Positions 62,420 to 64,000 of a stretch of 64,000 nucleotides of DNA are shown here, one piece after another; position 1 is the first letter of the stretch, and each line of letters starts with the position of its first letter. The notes beneath the pieces are model-generated. The model ran no database searches. It was not told where the DNA came from and saw only the letters and a program-made list of their open reading frames with translations. A program made the translations under genes and the position numbers. Source of the stretch: Mobula hypostoma (taxonomy: Eukaryota); assembly GCF_963921235.1 (NCBI RefSeq), contig NC_086108.1, positions 18,166,001-18,230,000 on the forward strand. The letters run 5' to 3'.

Positions 62420-63775
62420 TACTTATTTATTTAGTGATACAGCCCTTCTGGCTCTTTGAGCTTTGCTCCCCAGCAACCCCCTGACAACCCCTAACCTAAT
62501 CATGAGACAATTTACAATGACCAATGAACCTACCCAGTACATCTTTGGACTGGGGGAAGAAACTGGAGCGCCCAGGGAAAATCCACGCAGTGCATGGGGA
62601 GGATGGACAGAGTCTCCTTAGTAGTGGTCGCCAACCAGTCGATGTTTGAGACTTTCCCAGTAGATCCCAAAAAATGATAAATAAATACACAAATACTGTT
62701 GTAATGTGAGCATTATAAATATAAGTAATACTAATTAGGATAATGGTAATATAGCAATACTCCCGCTACTGAAAACTGTTTGTAAAGAGAGATTGTTTCC
62801 AGGTTGCGGGGTTTTAGTTCCGTTATTTCTGCCCAGTACATGTGTGTATAGCTCCTCCGCCATGCGCCGCAGTAGAAAAGACCGAAAGTAAAACTCCACA
62901 ACCCGGAAGCAACCTCTCTCTACAAACAACTTTCTGTAGCGGGAATATTGTTATATCACCATTATCCTGATTTGTGTTAACTTATCTTTAAAATGCTCAC
63001 GTTACAACACTTCTCCCCCTTTAAATTCCAACATTTCCCAAATGTAAATAACTGGGAAACAAAAAAACAGTGGTGTCATTATCTTGCGTGCCCCTGAAAC
63101 TTATACTAGTGTCTCAGTAACAGCTTACCAATACAAAACCCCTGAAAAACGTGGCAGATTCAACATTCAGTCTAACAAAGGAAACTGTCCATGCAAATAT
63201 TCAGTCTGTCAGGAGGTTTGCGAGGGCAATGTGCTGCAACAGATGAAAATGATGAAATCTAAGTACAGGAGCTATCTTACTGTCAGACACCTCACAGACT
63301 GTCTGAGACTGGCTGTCTGTAGCTATGAGCCAAACTTCAGGGAACTGGCAGAAAGTATTTAGCCCCAGTCATCACACTGAGTGCAACAGTCAATTTTTAT
63401 TCATTTATTTTTCGTGTTGAAATAAAATCAAATAATGAAACATAGACTTAAAGGTGTTGTAATGTCAGTATTATAAAAATAAGTAATACTAATTAAGATA
63501 ATGGTAATATAGCAATACTCCCGCTATGGAAAGCTATTTGTAAAGAGAGATTGTTTCCGGGTTGCGGGGTTTTACTTCCGGTCTTTTCTGCCCGGTGCAC
63601 ATGTGTGTGACTAAACGATTTAGTAGGTCGATCTTGCCTTTCACTAAGGCCGAGGTAGGGGATCTTGGGCTTAAAAGGTTGGCGACCACTACCATACAGA
63701 ATGGAACCATAATTGAACTCTGAACTCCGGAACGCCCCAAGCTGTAATAGCATTGCGCTAACTGCTACATTACTG
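62420..63775 (-). mobile_element. HE1/V-SINE-like SINE split by a hAT element
   Basis: V-domain and tail at 62420-62621; tRNA head (GGAGTTCAGAGTTCAATT, AGTTAGCGC) at 63692-63775. Confidence 0.8.
62622..63691 (+). mobile_element. Non-autonomous hAT (Charlie/GTF2IRD2-like) transposon
   Basis: Perfect 15-bp TIR TAGTGGTCGCCAACC / GGTTGGCGACCACTA; remnant MKMMKSKYRSYLTVRHLTDCLRLAV..YEPNF is a hAT C-terminal dimerisation region; TSD imperfect. Confidence 0.85.
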
Positions 63776-63924
63776 AGTCACCCAATATCACAGGTGAACA
63801 AACATCAGGTTACCTGAAATTGTAGAGTTCGATACTTACTGCATTGGTCCTTACTGTAACAATGCAATAGACCAGAGACCAATAGTCAGAGTGGGATGGA
63901 GAATTAGTGTCAGACCCCCTCTCT

Positions 63925-63926
<2 letters not shown>

Positions 63927-63955
<29 letters not shown>
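63927..63955. repeat. (AC)n microsatellite
   Basis: Direct reading. Confidence 0.97.
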
Positions 63956-63958
<3 letters not shown>

Positions 63959-64000
63959 GAATGCATCACACACAAATGGCCTTTGTAAATTTTTTCTCAT

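Noticed and set aside
62362..62439. 38-bp tandem duplication
   Set aside because: Simple slippage at a SINE tail; no further structure.
63084..63362. GTF2IRD2/EPM2AIP1-like host exon
   Set aside because: Short relic with an internal stop inside a TIR-bounded hAT element.
1..64000. Uni-strand piRNA cluster
   Set aside because: TE orientations are mixed with no strong strand bias; a dual-strand cluster cannot be judged without small RNA data.

Overview
Eukaryotic, repeat-saturated DNA with no recognisable host protein-coding gene. The repeat inventory points by inference to a cartilaginous fish (shark/ray). It includes at least five CR1 LINE families, Rex1/Babar LINEs, Penelope-like elements (PLE), HE1/V-SINE-like SINEs, RTE-derived SINEs, Tc1, Tigger, hAT and Harbinger DNA elements, and two solo LTRs. 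Bases 1 to ~44,300 are built on an old, degenerate AT-rich 32-bp tandem repeat (approx. AATCATTCATCAGTCTGATTATTGGTCAGTAG) chopped up by transposon insertions. Beyond ~44.3 kb the satellite disappears and short unique islands occur, one of them regulatory-looking (56.7-57.3 kb). Every long ORF is a broken TE reading frame or its antisense shadow. Most notable: (i) minimal hammerhead-ribozyme motifs in the PLE-derived repeats, including a 330-bp circularly permuted, TSD-flanked, retrozyme-like insertion with an intact core; (ii) a Tigger element whose parts closely resemble my recollection of mammalian MER2 and Tigger4; (iii) the TE-invaded relict satellite. Family names come from motif recognition by eye, not database searches, and boundaries of old copies are approximate.
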